Shown: piece after piece, positions 61,640 to 64,000 of the stretch
Numbering within the stretch: position 1 is the first letter of the stretch
Layout of the letters: every line of letters starts with the position of its first letter
Origin: Epiperipatus broadwayi
Lineage: Eukaryota; Animalia; Onychophora
Direction of reading: 5' to 3'
Length of the DNA stretch: 64,000 nt
Assembly: GCA_028023455.1 (NCBI GenBank)
Contig: JAQFVV010000003.1
Span: 27,714,001 to 27,778,000, forward strand
Translations under genes and position numbers: made by a program
The notes under the pieces: model-generated
Told to the model about the DNA's origin: nothing
The model's database searches: none
The model's input: the letters and a program-made list of their open reading frames with translations, nothing else

Positions 61640-64000
61640 CAAACTCAGTTAATGAAGTGGTTAAAATAATAGAATTTACATTGCAGAATTTGAGTGGAAT
61701 GTTAAATGTTTCACATAAGCTTTTTAGTGATGACAATTCAAACCTAAAAATAAAGTCTACATATGCTAACATTTTAAAAAATGATGGTGAACAAACTATA
61801 ACTATCAATAGAGAGAATATTACAGATTTTTTTTATCACCGATAGCCAAGAATCTGAACAAATAAATATACGTATTGATAATATAAATAACTGAATAGAA
61901 ACAAATACTTATGATTATGACCAACTTACTGAAAAATTCTTTCAAACAATCCCATAAAGTTTTAAAATCATTTCAGAAATTTAATACTGATAAAACATTA
62001 ATCACAGCTGACAGCAATATTTTTTTATTATAATAAATTCCCAACCGATGAATTTATCAATTTTCAATGGAGAAAAAAGTTATGGGGATCTATTTTCAAA
62101 ATCCTAAATCACTCAAATAATCAATATTTGGTTCTCGAATTTCACAACACAATACAAAAATAAATCTTCCCACAACATATACAATTCCTAAACAATAAAT
62201 ATAATTGTTATTTAGACTTTAATAGAAGGCTAAATCTAGCAGGTCAAATCAAAAATTATCATGTCATATTTACTAATCAAGACCTCAAAACATTCTAAAT
62301 TCATAAGGGAAAATTACTAATTTCAGATATTTGTTGGGAAAAAGAATATCAATTAGTATTAGTATTGACAAACACAGCCTTTTTCAACATGACCCTAAAT
62401 AAAGGTATAAAACCATATGATGTACTTACACTTCATGCCACATACTCTTCACCACTGATAATAACTTTTAAAGGAATACCACCACAATGTTTTTACTGTA
62501 AATCCATGAATCTTATAATAAAAGACTGTAATGAGCACTTCTGTAATAAATGTGGTTTTAAAAAAACTAAGCTACATCAGTGCAATAAATCACCAGGATC
62601 ATCCATCAATGAACAGAATATTAATCAAGGAATGAATGTTTGGGATTTTCAGATCCCACAAAATACGGAACATTAACCCTGAAGACAAGTCAATTGGTTT
62701 CCAAACAGAAGATGAATATCTACATCTCATACAAACTTCACTGATGATTATACTATCGAGTCATCAAATGAATCTGAAATGGACCAAATTATAAATAATA
62801 ATAAAAACTCATCAGCTGAAAATGAAGAAGACTTTAAAACAATCATAAAAGACCCCCCCCCCAAGAAATAAGAACAGCATCTGATAACATTAGTATAAAT
62901 GATTTGCAGATGATAATGGAATATCAAACCAATACCAGATTAAAAAAAAAAATCTGATTCTTTAGAATATGCACCCGCTACTTAAAAAACTAAACTACTT
63001 AACATATCAACAAAAAATACTTCAGGTGACAATTTCAAAATCTATACATTGGACAAGACAACAAAATGCCAATTTTCAACTGGCTTCTGAACAGTTACAT
63101 TGCGGGCGTTGAAAGCAATAATAAACCAACCAGAGTAAAAAAAAGTCACAATGCTAAAGAAATTATAACAAAAGAACAAAGCTCAACTCACACATAAGAC
63201 ATGAGGAATAATAATTTACCTACTGAAATCATACAATAACAGCAGCATCAATGCTAAATGATCAATAGAACAATCGCCCAAAAATTGCATTTGATTTTTT
63301 CTTCCAAAATTTATGATGGATTAGATGTCAAGTATCGTATATGGTTTAATACAACCTAATTCACATTTAGAATTCTACTCATAAACTGCTCATTTAAATC
63401 TACATTTTCCAGTGATCTTTCTTAGAGTAAAAATGTAATATTCACTTTGCTATCATAATTTACTTATAATTAACAATTATATAAATACAGCTAATTCTAA
63501 AGCTTTCATATTCGATCTATACAAAACCTAATGCATATTAAAATCTTAGCTATTAATGTCAGGGGCATCAATTCCTTCAAAGGTTATTTGCAATTAAGAA
63601 TTGGATAACAATTTACACCACACATATTATTCATAGAGACAAACGCACAATACATACGAAAATAGATCATCTAAAATACTTTGGCAAATTAGGTTTTTTA
63701 AAATTATCTTAGCCAAACACTGCTGCAGCTGAGGTGGGGTTTTAATTCATCATAGATCCTCTTTCCTATCTTTCAAAACACTTTACCTTGACCATTATTT
63801 TACCATTCATGTAATCACGCTTTACCTATACAACAAAATATATCTAATACTGTAATTAATTAATCAAATAAACCTTTACGTAAATACAAATTCTTATCCT
63901 ACAGAACTAATGGGTGATTTAAACATTTCTTATCCAGAATTTGTCTCCAAATTTCTACAATGCATAAACAGACCACTTATGAGTGCAGAAAGTTTCTGTC
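61640..64000 (+). mobile_element. Decayed L1/Tx1-like LINE (ORF1 with zinc knuckle, start of APE); runs off the window end
   Basis: GIPPQCFYCKSMNLIIKDCNEHFCNKCG (62365-62676), parallel to the knuckle at ~37600; KILAINVRGINS at ~63541; LMGDLNI at ~63907. Confidence 0.72.

Overview
Very AT-rich, CpG-poor eukaryotic (animal, probably arthropod) genomic window. The only host gene is the 3' part of an MBD4-like G:T/G:U mismatch glycosylase on the + strand: three coding exons at 32194-32343, 52168-52271 and 55698-55775. I found no upstream exons in the window. Most of the rest is nested transposon debris in its introns and 3' flank. This includes four LTR families (two apparently complete LTR-gag-LTR elements with no pol, plus solo LTRs with TSDs), a full-length antisense L1/Tx1-like LINE with a 10-bp TSD, a second L1/Tx1-like element, decayed RTE-like and other LINEs, Penelope-like remnants (one forming a ~3.9-kb foldback just after the MBD4 stop), Merlin/IS1595-like transposase remnants and a hAT MITE. 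The most notable observation is a ~370-380-bp element, present twice (27748-28113 and 59099-59480). It is an inverted-repeat unit carrying minimal type I hammerhead ribozyme motifs (on both strands in the first copy) followed by outward-facing tRNA-like A/B boxes, and it is flanked by 14-18-bp target duplications. Several unrelated short hairpins share the same 'long TSD - hairpin - short tail - long TSD' layout. All alignments, translations and folds were done by eye.
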